Shown: positions 37,838 through 52,042 of the stretch, one piece after another | Layout: each line of letters opens with the position of its first letter | Numbering within the stretch: position 1 is the stretch's first letter | Assembly: GCA_951406725.2 (NCBI GenBank) | Contig: OX597820.1 | Coordinates: 93,062,001-93,126,000, forward strand | Reading direction: 5' to 3' | DNA length: 64,000 bases | DNA from: Octopus vulgaris | Taxonomy: Eukaryota | Program-made: the position numbers and the translations under genes | Notes under the pieces: generated by a model | Database searches by the model: none | The model's input: the letters and a program-made list of their open reading frames with translations, nothing else | Told to the model about the DNA's origin: nothing

Positions 37838-38155
37838 GGAGGCGAGCTGGCAGAATCGTTAGCACGCCGGGCGAAATACTTAGCGGTATTTTGTCTGCCG
37901 TTACATTCTGAGTTCAAATTCCGCCGATGTCGACTTTGCCTTTCATCCTTTCGGGGTCGATTAAATAAGTATCAGTTACGCATTGGGGTCGATATAATCG
38001 ACTTAATCCGTTTGTCTGTCCTTGTTTGTCCTCTCTGTGTTTAGCCCCTTATGGGTAGTAAAGAAATAGGTAGTTCGCCTGCCGTTACGTTCTGAGTTCA
38101 AATTCCGCTGAGGTCGACTTTGCCTTCATCCTTTCGGGGCCGATGAAATAAGTAG
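37838..38155 (+). mobile_element. Family-B SINE, young, with partial tandem duplication
   Basis: ggcgagctggcagaatcgttagcacgccgggcgaaat..; the core ttctgagttcaaattccgc.ga.gtcgactttgcct..catcctttcgggg recurs about 183 bp later. The core resembles the Meta-SINE domain (recall). Confidence 0.9.
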
Positions 38156-38899
38156 CAAAATTTTCAAGACCTTGTGCCTAGAGTAGAAATAATTATTCAT
38201 AATAATAATTCATTTTTCTAAAACAGCTTGAAAAAGCTTTTAGTATGCTGGTTTCGGTTGGTACGTAATATGCAGGAGTAAAGCAACTGATATTTTTTAT
38301 CCTGTATCTATGTAACTACCTGCTATTGGTGAATCAGTTTAATCTCATTCAATGTGCTTCTGAATCTAGCTTCATCGTAATAAACAGTAAACATTTGTTG
38401 ATTAGCAAAAAGTTTGAAAGTCAAATTGAGTTGTTCTTCATTAGACAATTGATAATATGTTTTGTTGGTTAGAATTTTAAACAATGTAAGATAAAGTTCA
38501 TTTGTACTGACTGTACAAATTTGATATGGTTAAGCCATGTGTCTAAGAAATTTGCAATAGAGAAGTCGTTCATTATGGTTCATAATTTTGAAGACACATA
38601 CGTTTTCCTTGGTTACTCTGTATCCTGAGTGGAAGTAATTTAGTAGTATAAGTCCATCATCATGATATAATCCTCACTCGATAAGCTGAAATTTATATTT
38701 TAGATTTGTCAATGAATATTGGCCTACAAAGATCGTTTGATTTCAACCGAGTCTGTAATCTCACATTCTCATCAAAGAGAATATTTGAATATTTGTTTTT
38801 TTAATCCAGGTTTATTTCTTGCAGTTTATGTGTATTTTAGAAGCAAGTAAGATCATGTCTGTTTCTTCCTCAGTGGTGTTTGCATTTGATACGGCAAAG

Positions 38900-39700
38900 T
38901 TTAGGGCTTTGACACCCAAGATCTTCGGGATAGATGCATAATAGTCTTTGATATCTCGTTATAAAAACTTACAGCGAGATATCAACGTTTTTGTTCAGAA
39001 GATATTTACTGTTCGTTCACTACGTGTGTGTTATTCCAAAGTGTCAAGTGGATGATCTCTATAGTTTAAGAATAATTTTATCAAATAAATGTTCTCTGAT
39101 ATTTTGGGTTGGTTAATCTAATGTAAGGCTTTTTATTAAAACCTATTAAGTGAAGTGTGATGATTTATTTGTGGAGATTCAGTTCCAACACCTATGCATA
39201 GATCGGGAGTGTTTCTTTAGCCCTGGTTGTCAATTTTGTTGAGGATGTTTCAATTGCTCTTTTTTATGGGTTTTATTGATAACCGACGAAAGATATCTAT
39301 GATAATTTGTTTGAGTGACATGATGAGGGGTATTTGGCCTGTTCTGACTGGTTATAAGTAAGGTTTTGGTTCTCGATATCACGAATTTTCGTCTTTTAAG
39401 TCTTCTGATAATTATTACTAATATTTCAGAATCAAAAGCGAATGTGCATCACACGATACTTTTTATGAAACTATCTGTTTTCAGCATTAGGCATTCTACG
39501 TAGACATTTCAGTAGGTATGACGATATTTTTAGTAGACACGTTGACTTTCTGTTTCTGCTTTCAGTATTGGGTAAATATAGATCTCAACTCTGGTTCATT
39601 TATTAATATTGTTTTGGATGAAAAGTTAAAGATATATACTTATTAACGACAAGCCAACATCTTTATAATACAACTTCAATCCTGAGAATTTTTTCAAAGT
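38900..39700 (-). mobile_element. Probable very decayed PLE
   Basis: Minus strand near 39470-39550 gives KVNVSTKNIV-YLLKC with a frameshift, resembling a GIY-YIG start; the rest is not translatable. Confidence 0.3.
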
Positions 39701-40689
39701 TGGTAAAGCTTTGTAAAAAAAAGTTGAAGAAACATGTTAGAGAAGAAAAGAAGGAAAGAAAGAAATGGAAAAGAAAGGAAAAAGTGAAGGAAAATGAGAA
39801 GCACACTTGAAAGAAGAGGGGGTTGAATGAAAGGGGAAGGCGATGCTAGGGAAATGACCGAAGAATTTACAGCCAAAGTTGTTAGTTCAGAAAGATTTGG
39901 CCTTGGAAGTAGCGGAAGCCTATAAATTCTCAGTGGCTGATAATTTATAGGCTCAAGTGACACTTTGAAGTTGATATGGTAGTTAACCTGCTAAGTAAAT
40001 ATGGGGGTTTTGTCTGGATGTGTTGATTTTAAGGAATATAGGTTATAGCAAACAGTGTATGATCAAAGTTATAAAACTGATGTGGAATACAGATGTGAAA
40101 TAAATAGAGAAATATAGGAAATAAATATTATACTGATGAGATTTTATTTAGTCATTAATAAGATAATACATATCATTATTATGATTAAAGTGATATTATG
40201 TTAGAGCTTTGAAGACTAATAAAACGTATCAGAGTTTATATGAAATTGAGTGATTTATAGCGATAAGCGAGAAAGTAAATGTTGAATAGAGGTGAATAGT
40301 ACAGATAGGAAAGAGTTAGTATCTGTAAACATCCACTATATCTACAGATACTGGTTGATTGCATACACATCTTCTGGGTGGAATTACACGTGTTAATCTC
40401 CAAATGCACTTTTTACAAAGACATAAATCTTTTCTTCATATGTAGGCACACACTTATATACATATAAACATTTGTACGTCTATATGTGTGTTCATTTGAA
40501 GCTCTAAAAGGTCAGAACTACGAGCAGATATATATATATATATATATATACATTGGTATAAAAGAGGATAAGCGCATCTACTCTCGTGTGTTTTGTTAGG
40601 TAAGTAAATTAGCATCACTACACATAAATATACACTTACCAAAGTACATCTAATTAAATACGGAAATGTTTGTTTAGCTTTGATATTTC

Positions 40690-41935
40690 TAAGAGTGTAA
40701 AAGAACAAGAGAGAATTCTATTTGCTGAGCTGACATACTCCTTCTTTGTATGTGATGGTCAAAGACCAGGTGTACAGAGATGTGGAACTCGAGGCTTCAT
40801 ATTGTGTTTTGAGTGCTCAACACCTGCTACGTCTGCGCTTTCTTTACCAGCATATATGATTAATATGTCCTTCTGACATCTTCCATTGGACAAGCTCACA
40901 CAATATTTGAAGCATTTACCAACATGGATGAAAACAAAGATTTCAGCATTAAGAGCACCTACGACACTGGATCCTTACCCGTATTTGACTTTTAAATCGG
41001 TCATTGAGAACGGTGACATCATTACCAACTTTTCCTCTGCACATCAGTGCAGTATGCATGTGCAAAGACTGTGTACTTTCAGGACGAGCTCATACGCATC
41101 TAATAAAGATATATCGAAACGGGATATGGAGGTCATACATGCTGCATCTGTTCCAGAAGATGCTGAAAGTCGGCCGATACCCTGCATCCATTACTAGTCG
41201 CTCTCATAGCACCAAGTAGAAGTCTTCCAACACCTGTTAACTTGAATTGCCACGTCATTGAAAGTGACACTGCTGCTACCCGCCAGGACAACCATATCGG
41301 AAAGGTAAATATACAGCTTGCATTCTCAGGGCGTTCTCTACAAAAGTACCTATGAAAGGAACGGCTCCGCCCTGACAATAATCTATGTCCATTGGTCAAA
41401 TGCACCATCTGCAAAGCGGATACCTGCTTTCGGACCTACGTTGTGTACCAGGTTAAATGTACCTGATGCGGTGAATATTACATAGGCATTCACACGCGCG
41501 TATTATCCATGCGAGCAAACTTTTGACAAATACAAGAACATCAACAAGGATATCGCAGTCCATACATCACATCCGTAACCTGCGGTTTAAAGAAGCCATT
41601 AAGATGAAAAACACAAACTAGCCCTCAACAACTTATTTGAATTGATTACTGCGCAATAAATGATATGGCTACCCCTTTTCCGTCAACGTATAGGACGATA
41701 ACTTGCCCTGTTCTTTACATATGTGTTACAGCCAATGAACAAAGCTCCAAATTTCACTTATCATACGTAATCTTTTTTACCATAACACGAACAGAATCGG
41801 CATACGACTCTAATGAATGAATAGCTTTCTTGTTCTCTTAACACATTTGAAAAGGAATAATTTGCTCGAAATATCATAATGATATCTTATCAATGCCTAA
41901 TTTTCCGTTATATTTATATTGTCATTGTATATAAT
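40690..41935 (+). mobile_element. PLE fragment (RT thumb, GIY-YIG, terminal hammerhead-like motif)
   Basis: 41383-41493 LCPLVKCTICKADTCFRTYVVYQVKCT*CGEYYIG. 41810-41886 CTAATGA...gctc GAAA tatcat-a-atgata TC with a 7-bp stem III. Confidence 0.7.
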
Positions 41936-42868
41936 AAAAAAAAAACACTTTTTATTCTAATGATAGCAACTGAGTGAACAGTAATTAATTCCTCTTTTAC
42001 CGAGCTTAGCACACGCCAACGAATTTATTTTTACTGCTTGCATATACGAAACGTAGTCTTGCAGTCTGTAGGTGTCATTCGGACTTCAGCTCTATGTTCC
42101 CACGCACAAGATCTATAAGGATATTTTCTTTCCGAGATAGTTGCCGCATAGATGGTCTTTCCAAATCTGAATGGACACAACCGTGTTAAATAGAAATGTA
42201 CGCATCATTATTTTAACCGTCGATGGACAGTCATCCTGTAATAAGTTCATTCCTGCTTAACAAAGCTTATCACTCTCCCGAAAATTTATTTTTGTAGTTA
42301 GCGTATAAAAGCGGCAATTTTTAGGGAAGTATGACCGACAAATTTGGCGTCTGTAATTGATGAAGCGTAACTATGCGTAACTATGCAGAAACATGTCGCT
42401 TACTGTCCAATGAAGTCATTTATAACCAAGCCCCACGTGGGAATTTTACGTCTTGGACAGTTGCCGTTTCATTGTAAAATAGAAATCTACACAGCTTTGT
42501 TTTAATCATCGATGGTGTATCTTCAATTAATTATTTTCAGCTTAACAAATCTTACCGCAAGTCAGAAAATATTACATTTTGCTGTTTCCATATAAAAACG
42601 ACAGCTCGTATTGTTCTATGAACGACGGATTAGATGTAAGAAGGCTGAAACCGTGTCTTAGAATCCGATGGCCTTAATTATAACCCAGCTGCGTGTTTTT
42701 TGTTATGTTTTGTTTTTGTTTTGGTTTGGTTTTTTTTTCTCATACATTAAAAAAAAATCTTTCCTCTGAGACAGTTGAGACAGCAAGGGCCTTTCCACAT
42801 GTACAAATATACATATACGTGTATGTGTGTGTTGTTGTTGCTACTACTGTTGATTTTGTTTTTGTTGC

Positions 42869-42937
<69 letters not shown>

Positions 42938-43819
42938 AAAGGATTCCACTGGGGTGCAAATCATCTTGATGCAGTTACCTTATATGTGATGGAAAAAATT
43001 CCTGTACCAATCAGAGACACACTTCCAGAAAGATGAAAAAGACGTATACATGTAAAAACAATAACTCAATACTGATACTGAGCTCTGCATCTAAATAAAT
43101 CAAGTAATTTATTTCCTAATATAAGTTAAACAAGGAAAGAGATTGACTCCGTATATCCGTCATTGCGGAAGTAAAGATATCCGTTAAAATGGCGCCTTAT
43201 ACAAGATGTGTGCGTGAGTGTATTTGTGTATGTATGTATTTAGATGGAGGTGCTGTAGTGGCTCTGATTACGAATACACCACCTTATGAAGAAAGAAAAT
43301 ACATATACATCGGGAGAAGTGAGAGTTATGTATACTAAATACAAATGTGATAGACTCTTGCATATGCAATAATGGTGATGAAAAACTTTGATTACTTAAG
43401 ATTATCCATGTTAGTGCTACACATAATCTTCTATATCTGTACAAAATCTCAAACAACAAGCAATGGAGATCACTCGGAAAATTTGTTATCAACATATTTA
43501 TCATTATTTTACCTGTATTGATCATTCTTACTTAATCTTGCTGAGTACAATAAAATTTGCTGAAGTGATCTACTAAAACAAAACCTGTACGTTATTTAGC
43601 AGAAGACTAGACAAAATAGCTTCCTGCATTTACTATACTTTATAAAATTTCAACAGAGGGAAAGATGTAGAGGGAGGGGGAAAGAGAGAAAGAAAGGGAC
43701 AGATAAATAAATGGACAGATAACTGAAACAGACAGACAGACAAACTGACAGATAGATAGACTGGCACACACACACACGCACACAGATATATATATATACA
43801 GAGAGAGAGAGAGAAAGAC

Positions 43820-44075
<256 letters not shown>

Positions 44076-44334
44076 CTCTTACTTTTGCCACCAGAGTATA
44101 ATAGTCTTCCCTGTGGAGGTATAATACTACCAAAACCAGTTGGATTAATTGCTGAATTTTCAAAATTTCAGTTAATTTACTTTATCGGAGTTGTATCCAT
44201 TGGCTCATTTTCTTTACATTTTAAATAATTCTCTGAGCTAGATTTTGTCTACCAATAAAATGACTAGCAACAAAACTATTATTCAGCTGTTAAGCGAAAG
44301 GTTCGGAGTTCATGTCCACCCAGGAACACCAAGG

Positions 44335-44520
44335 CGGCGCAGTCGAGGTTGTGTGGGAAGAAGTATACTTCCCAACTACTTGGCCCTGGGTTCAGTCTCA
44401 GAGCGTGGCTCTCGGTCAAGTGTCTTCTGCTATAGCTTCGGGCCGACCAAAGCCTTATCAGCGGATTTGGTAGACGGAAATTAAAAGAAGCCCCTGCGTT
44501 TATGTATGTGTGTATATGTT

Positions 44521-44575
<55 letters not shown>

Positions 44576-44795
44576 ATCTGTGTGTCTGTGTGTGTCTTTG
44601 TGCCTGTGTTTGTCCCCCATCACCGCTCGACAACTGGCGTTGGTAAGTCTCGTCCTCATAACTTAGCAGTTCGGTAAAAGATAACGACAGAATTAGTACT
44701 AAGCTTTAAAAGAAAATAATATTGTTGTCGATTAGTTCGACTAAAATTACTCAAGAATAGCCGCAGTCCAATGAAAAAAAGAAAGAAAGAACAAA
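44335..44795 (+). mobile_element. Family-A SINE
   Basis: gggttcagtc..caagtgtcttctgctatagc..ggccgaccaaagcctt..gtagacggaaa; central CT/GT repeat; ccgcagtccaatga tail. Confidence 0.85.
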
Positions 44796-45853
44796 ATAGA
44801 TTATTTTCCAGTGAATGAGAGACAAAACTGACACATAGTTACACATATTTGGTTACAAACAGCTGCGAATATCTTGTGTAATGTTTCGGTGAAGAATATC
44901 TACGAAGAAGTAATGACGAAGCTGCCAAAAATAAAATTAATGATAATAATGATGATGATGGGGATGATGATGGTGGTGGTGGTGGTGGTGGTGGTGGTGG
45001 TGGTGGTGGTGGTGATTATCATTATTATTACAAAGGACAGCTAATACATTCTGATGCTTGTTCTGCTGTGCTATGTAGCGAAGGATTTGTGTAGAAACAC
45101 GGAAATTCAGTATTAGGTTATATAACGAAGTATTCGTATGAAAATTATGAGGATTCTCCAGAAAACTATATTAACATCTCTACAGCAAGTCTATAAGCTA
45201 TACAGAGGATTTGCAAAAACATTTCAAAGGTTCTCGATTTTCTCGTGTGTGGTTAAGAAGTTCACCTTGCTACTCACTGATTTCAGGTTCAATTCCATCA
45301 CGCGATGCTTAGAGTAAGTGTCATCTATTATAACCCCGGGTTAATGAATGCTTCGTGACTGAATTTGGTAAACAGAAACTGTGTGGAAGCTCCTCATACA
45401 TACATATGTATGTGTGAGTGCATGTCTTTATTTTTGATAACCAGTGTTTGTTTACGGCCGCATAACCTAGTGGTTTTTCCAAGAAGACTATGACAAATGT
45501 CCAGTGACTGAACCAAAGAGATATTGGAGGAGCCGATGTGCGTTTATACATGCAAATGGACATTGCACACGCGTTCAAACGCATACATATTCTGTGTGTG
45601 TGTGTGTGTGTGCCTGTGTGTCTGTGTGTCTGTGTGTGTGTGTGTGCGCGCGCGCGTGCGCGTGTGCACGTACTCGTTCGTGTGTCGACCCTCTTTACTC
45701 AAACAAGTTAACTTTGTGAACAGCTAGAGATCAACTTTTATTGCAAGGCAGTCATAAAGTTGTAGATAAATTTTAAGAAGATCCATGCGTAGGTACGAAT
45801 ACTAGTCTTACATAGACAGGTGTTTTAAGACAGAATATTAATTATTTGGCAAA

Positions 45854-45939
<86 letters not shown>

Positions 45940-46225
45940 TGATATCTTAAATATTAATTGGTTGCTATTCTTTATGTGAGTACATTTCTACTATTTAATA
46001 ATACTGCTGCTAGATATATCAAGCTTACCACGTTCTTTCAATACAGATGCATCCATTATCTTGGGAATATAAAAGCTATTATTCAATAAATATGTATTTA
46101 AGTATTTCTACAACAGTTGAGATTTTTATGTCTTGCGTCTGAGAATTCGAAATTTACAAAGGTACACAAGTAAGTCTTACAAGCATACAAATGCCTCTTG
46201 GTGACTGAGTGTCAGTACATATACA

Positions 46226-46367
<142 letters not shown>

Positions 46368-46459
46368 TACTATTGTAAATATGAGTAATAAATTAAAATA
46401 ATTTATTACCAGTAGACATAGATAGATAAATACATACATACATATATATATAGAAAAAG

Positions 46460-46653
46460 AAGGTCAAGGTAGAAAATGCTGAAATAAATTTATTAATTTG
46501 AATACTATGCAAATATTCTTTCAAAACACTTTTCTTTTAATTTTTCCTAAATTTAATTGTTTTCCACAATTGCAGTTGAAAAAGTCTGAATGACTAAAAC
46601 CGGTACTGAAATGTTTTTTATAAAATTATTTTAGCATTTTCTACCTTGACCTT
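46460..46653 (+). mobile_element. Short fold-back element in (TA)n with eroded hammerhead-like motif
   Basis: 33-bp inverted repeat 46460-46492/46621-46653 (2 mismatches); cag TTGAAAA a gtc tgaat gac TAAAA ccgg TA ctg at 46573-46608. Confidence 0.6.
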
Positions 46654-46702
46654 TTTACTATATATCAACTCGTGTGTTCCTTTTCAACTTTATATATATA
46701 TA

Positions 46703-46758
<56 letters not shown>

Positions 46759-47054
46759 CATATAGATGCACGTTTATACATGTTTATGTGATTATTCATA
46801 TAGATACATACAGATACAGGTATACACACATACGACAGTATCGAAGAGGAAGTTTGAATGTTCAACACCGCACTTGATGGATGACATGCTTTGGTAGTCT
46901 CCAAAATGGTGACGGTTACCAACATTTTGAATGGACGCTTGAACAATTGTGAAAATCTTTTCCACATGAAACCATTGGTAACACATTTAATCCCCAGATA
47001 AAATAAGTATCTATATCTATGCACGCATGTATATATATATATATATATATATAT

Positions 47055-47203
47055 ATTTCTCCTTGTTTTTTCTGTATCCCTTTCTGTAGAAGGGCGTAGG
47101 CTCGAAACGTAACAGACTTTTTCTATTCCTGAGCGTTATACTAATACATATGTTTGTTTTGTACACCACCTGTCTTCGTCTTTCGTTTTTTTTCGTAAAA
47201 TCT

Positions 47204-47206
<3 letters not shown>
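47055..47206 (+). mobile_element. Short PLE-terminal-like repeat with minimal hammerhead-like motif, between (TA)n tracts
   Basis: cttt CTGTAGA a gggc gtag gctc GAAA cg TA acag (47080-47115). Confidence 0.6.
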
Positions 47207-47266
<60 letters not shown>

Positions 47267-47892
47267 TATACATATATATATATATATACGTAAGTATATG
47301 TGTGTGTCTGTGTGTGTACAGAACCATACCGAGTTGTCTATTTTGCATGATTAAAAGAAGCCACATAATAGTTATTGTGAGTAAATTCTTGGGAAGTTGC
47401 TGCCGTGTTTCAAATAACTTTTCCACTACAAAACCTTCAAAAAAGGTTATAAAAATGGAAACATTCTTCCGATACTTCCATTATAATAAGAAGGTGTAAA
47501 TATTTAAAAGAACTTTTATGTCATCCCTTAATTTTCTAACCATTAGGTTTCTGTTTGTCCTACACTTAAAACGTAATTCCGAAAGATATATTTGTCTTTT
47601 TCTCTTTCATGCTTGGGTTTTTAAGGCAACTGCTTTTGATAATAGTATGCCACGTCAGTAAAGAATATTATGTTTTGGTAAAAATGTTTAGAACTATTTG
47701 TCTGTCTATCAATCTATCTATTTTACACTTTGCAGTAAGTTATCTATTGAGTTACTTCAAAGGGAAATTAGATTTTCTTTTAAATATTTGCATCTTATAA
47801 TTGTAGTTAGGAGTAAAGAAAGTGTTGTAATGTGGATCCTCGTACACTTGTATGATATTATCGGCACTGTAATATTCTTGTCGCCACTTTTA

Positions 47893-48131
47893 TGTTGTTG
47901 CGGTATTCTGCGTCGTATTATTTTTGACTCGTCTGTCGCGCTATTTCTGATAGTTGCGCAAGACAATGACTTTGAAATGTCTACCTTGACAGTAACTCGA
48001 ACACGTATATATCACGTACTGACACTGACTCCAACTGAGAACTCGTACAACGACTCTACTACTACTGACCTTCTACAACGACTGACAGTCTGACTTTGTC
48101 ACGTGGGAAGAGTAGTACCATTTTCGCTACA
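47893..48131 (-). repeat. Ty3/Gypsy LTR (TG...CA, about 239 bp)
   Basis: Minus strand: polypurine tract aaaagggaaga, then TGTAGCG...caaCA, then taaaagTGGCGAC (PBS-like). Confidence 0.65.
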
Positions 48132-49800
48132 TCTTCCCTTTTAGTTTGCTTTTTGCTTTTTGAGAAGCAAATAATTTTATTTTACTTTATTCACCTTTCC
48201 TCCATTTAACGGTTTTTAAAAAATTTTTTCCAGCTTAATAATTTTTCTTTTTGGCGTCTATTTGTAGAAACTCTTTTTTCTTCCTTTTTCTTTCACTTGT
48301 ACGCGTGAGTTCAACCACCTGCAACGGTATTGGTACATGGAGTGTGTCATGCAGCCATTTCATAGGTTCTTCTGTTCTGGATCATTTTCTTTGAATCGCT
48401 TCTTCAATTGGTTTGTCTTTTTGCAACACCTTTCCTGCTTCTTATTCCGTACATCCTTTTTCCTATATACTTCGTAATTTTGCCTTCTTCCCGCTACTGT
48501 TTTGCGTTTTTATACGACCTCATATACACCTTATCACCAATTTTGAAAAGTTTTGGATTGTTTTTCCTGATATTTTTTTTCCTTGCCAGGTAACAGTTTA
48601 TCAAAACTGATTTCACATTCCTCGCAAACATAATTTGTGATGGTGATGTTCCTGCTCGTGTATTAGGGTTCGGTGTCACCCAGTATACCCTTAGGAATTG
48701 CTGGAGAACATCGTCTGTGACTTCCTTGTTTGCTTTCCTCAAAGCTCCTTTTTAAAATGTCCACAAAACGCTCGGCCTGTCCTTTTGAACTTGGATGGTA
48801 AGGCACTATCGTTTGATATTCTACCGTGAACATTTTGCAGAATTTTCTAAATTCACTGGACACAAATTTTATTCCACTATCAGGTACAATCACGTCTTGG
48901 ATGCCAAATTTTGGGAATAATTTGTGCAAAAAATTTATTACCGTTTCGGAGGTTGGTCTTTTGCACTTAACAATTTCCAGCGATTTTGTAAAACTGTCAA
49001 TTACTACTAAGTAGTAATAACCATTTAACAGACCTGCAAAATCGATATGTAGTCTTGACCATGGACATTTTACTTCTGGCCAAGGCTTCCATTTTTGAGT
49101 AGTCAATTCCTCTGCCAGATCACATCCTCTGTAGACTTTGACTACGTTTTCAATTTCCTTATCCATCTTCGGCCAACACACATAACAGCGCATAAGTGCT
49201 TTCCTCCTGGCGATCCCCGGATATCCGATATGGAATTCTTTCAACATTCTTTTTTTGTAAAGTCTCGGATATCACTACTCATTGGTCATGCATTAGTACA
49301 CCGTCGCATGTTGAATATATGTTTACTTGTTGCTATTTTTTTGTTACCGAACCTATTTTTATTTTCTTTAGCTGACCACAGAGGTTTTTATCATTAATGA
49401 ACTTATCTCTTGACACAAGTCGCTTTATCTCCTCCAGAGTCATTGGTAACTCTTGTACAATGTTCCACTTTATGTGTTTAATTTCCCTTTCAACTCTTAT
49501 TACAGTTTTCTCGAATGGTTTGCCATTTCTGGGTATTAACCTGGACAGGCCATCAGCATGTCCGGACATTTTCGAAGGTAAATATTCCATTGCCTAATCG
49601 TAGTTTAGTAGTATGATGCCCCATCTATTTGTACTGAGATTACTTTCTAGGAGCTATAAACCGTTAGCAATGTGTGATGGTCTGTTTGTAGTTTAAACCG
49701 TCTACCATGTATAAACCTGTGGAGCATTTTATGCCAGATATAACTGCCAGTGCCTCTTTTTCAATTTAGCTATATTTTTTCACTTGGCAATAGCGTACGT
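48132..49800 (-). mobile_element. Ty3/Gypsy retrotransposon pol fragment (RNase H end plus integrase), decayed
   Basis: EKEALAVI, HGRRFKLQTDH, GHADGLSRL, eroded HHCC region, PWSRLHIDFAG..YYLVVIDSF, VPYHPSSKGQAERFVDILKR, TPNPNT..SPSQIMF. Confidence 0.92.
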
Positions 49801-50520
49801 GTTGGGTCCGTTCTCGTGCCTACAGCTGCTATTTCTTCTGCCAATGGTCTTACCAGGGTTCGCTAGTACTTCGGCTTGATAGACGACCCTTTTGGTATCG
49901 CAGTGGCCTCCTACCGGACAACTGTTGCAGTCCCTGCATGAACAACCTGCCTCTTCCTGTGCCTTAGGGGCGCTAACTAGGATGTTCTTAATATTGGGGC
50001 ACAGCTAAACGAGACCCTAACGTTATGCCTCTTGAAAATGGGCACATACCTATAGGAGCTAGTGAAATGCTTGTCTATTAATTTAAGGAACAGTCTACCT
50101 ACGGGCGTTGTTGTGTTAAAGGAGAAGGGGGTGAAAATCAAATGGTATTTCTGCAGAGCTTCCTTCTGTTATTGTAAGGGAGAATTGCCATCAACACCAG
50201 CCTTCCCAATAGCTTCCCTAACGTCCACAGCCGGAAGTTGATAGCCAATGACAAAGGAAGATGATCCCCTATTGTTTACCTTCGTAGCCTTTTGGATACC
50301 GTAAAATGGCGGCACAGCCGGAAGTCGATCACCAATGGCAAAGGGAGATAATCCCTTATTGTTTACCTCATATGGAGAGGCTTTCCCCCCTCCGTATTTT
50401 GAAGGGGTATTAGGCCAGCAGGTTTTGGAGTCTGACGATACGCCATAAAGCTAAAACCTTTATAGACGGGAAATCCAGCGTAATCCCATAAACCGGCCTT
50501 CCCCATTTTAAAAAATATAC
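49801..50520 (-). mobile_element. Penelope-clade PLE fragment abutting the Gypsy element
   Basis: RNTI*F/PFSFNTTTPVGRLFLKLIDKHF..IFKRHNVRVSFSCAP (WFNPP..VGxxFLKLIDKHF..VKVSYSC motif), then SCRDCNSCPVGGHCDTKRVVYQAEV. Confidence 0.85.
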
Positions 50521-50612
50521 ACTGCTCTCACATGCACATATGTATACATGCAGACATACATACACACATACATACATACATACATACATACATACATACA
50601 TACATACATACA

Positions 50613-50643
<31 letters not shown>

Positions 50644-51435
50644 GTGTGTGCATGTGTGTGTATGTATTTGTATGTGTTTGTATATGTATGTCTGTTAGTG
50701 TCTGTGAGTGTGTGTGTATTTAATATTTCTGTTAGTACTATTGCAAACTGCGTGGTTACATTACAAGTGTAGGAATTACCTTCTTAATCTGCAACTGATC
50801 CCATCACCTTTAAATTGGCCTACAAGAGTTTTCTTTTTCTTTCTTTACAAACGATCGTAATCTTATTCTCAAAAGATTTCTCCTTATACCTCTGTGTTAT
50901 TGCACTTCTGATTAATATTAGTCTATTAGATGTAACTATTGAGAATTTGAGCCGTTGGATTTTCTTATCAAGATCTTCTCTTCTTTAAAGATTGGTGTAG
51001 TAGCTTCCCTGGTTTCCATAAAGCAGATCTTATATTTCAATAACGAACTATGACAGCCAGACTCATATAATTTAGAGATTATGTGAGTGTTTATCACTGC
51101 ATCATTACATTCAAGTAAAATTGATCTCTTTGCTTAGTGATTGATTAAATCTTATTCTGATCAGAAATTCATTAAAGTAATTGCAAATATCCCTTCTAGC
51201 TTTCGTGAATCGAAAAGTATCACTTTAAACACCGTTGTTGTTTAATATCAGGTCAACTCTGATTAACCAACTTATAATCAAAGACCATCTCATTTGCTTT
51301 TTTTTATTTCAAACAAACGTAATGTATCTACAACTACATTAGCCAATGCACCCTTTACTTTTTAGGGGAAATGCCCTTGTTAGTTCTTGAAACACCAGCG
51401 ACCGCATAGAGGCTCTCATTACTTTGTGTTTGGTT

Positions 51436-51515
<80 letters not shown>

Positions 51516-52042
51516 ATGATGGTAGGGATGATTTGTCATCATCTTTTATATCAACTGCAACAACAATGTTGTTGCTGAATTTGTTGTTGTTGTTGTTGTT
51601 GATGATGATGATGATGATGATGATTTAATTTACCACAAGGATATCTGGCGGAGAGAACATTGCAAAGACAGTTTAAAATTTATGTGGGAGTTTACATAGG
51701 AACAAAGAAATTTAAAAAAAAAACGAAAGGTGAGTTAAGATAAAATGATAATATAGTATACAAAATGCATGAACTCCTGATACAAGAACAACACCCATTG
51801 TCGGCCTCCCATAGATCTAGGATCACTTTGATTACCATTGGCATTAGCCCTCGTCCAACTGTTGTTCTCCGCTCTAAGGGCGAATGCTTAAAGTAGTTCC
51901 ATTTAATGTCGAAATTTTTGCTGCAGTCATCAACCTTTTGAAGCTGGAACAATATAAGAAGCATGTAGTCAAACATCGCGGGAAAAATTACGCCCATAAC
52001 TTGAAAAAACAAATTTATTTCTGCGAAGAAGTATTTAATAGA

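Noticed and set aside
40318-40352. 10-bp inverted repeat agtatctgta/tacagatact
   Set aside because: Isolated, AT-rich, with a 15-nt loop; plausible by chance.
41464-41466. In-frame TGA in the PLE GIY-YIG region as possible selenocysteine (as in some Naiad PLEs)
   Set aside because: It falls between the two Cys of C-T-*-C rather than replacing one; CGA>TGA decay is simpler, and the element has other lesions.
42170-42625. Cadherin or Ig domain repeats (period near 97 codons)
   Set aside because: Frames examined on both strands contain stops, and no DxNDN, LDRE or Ig motifs were found.
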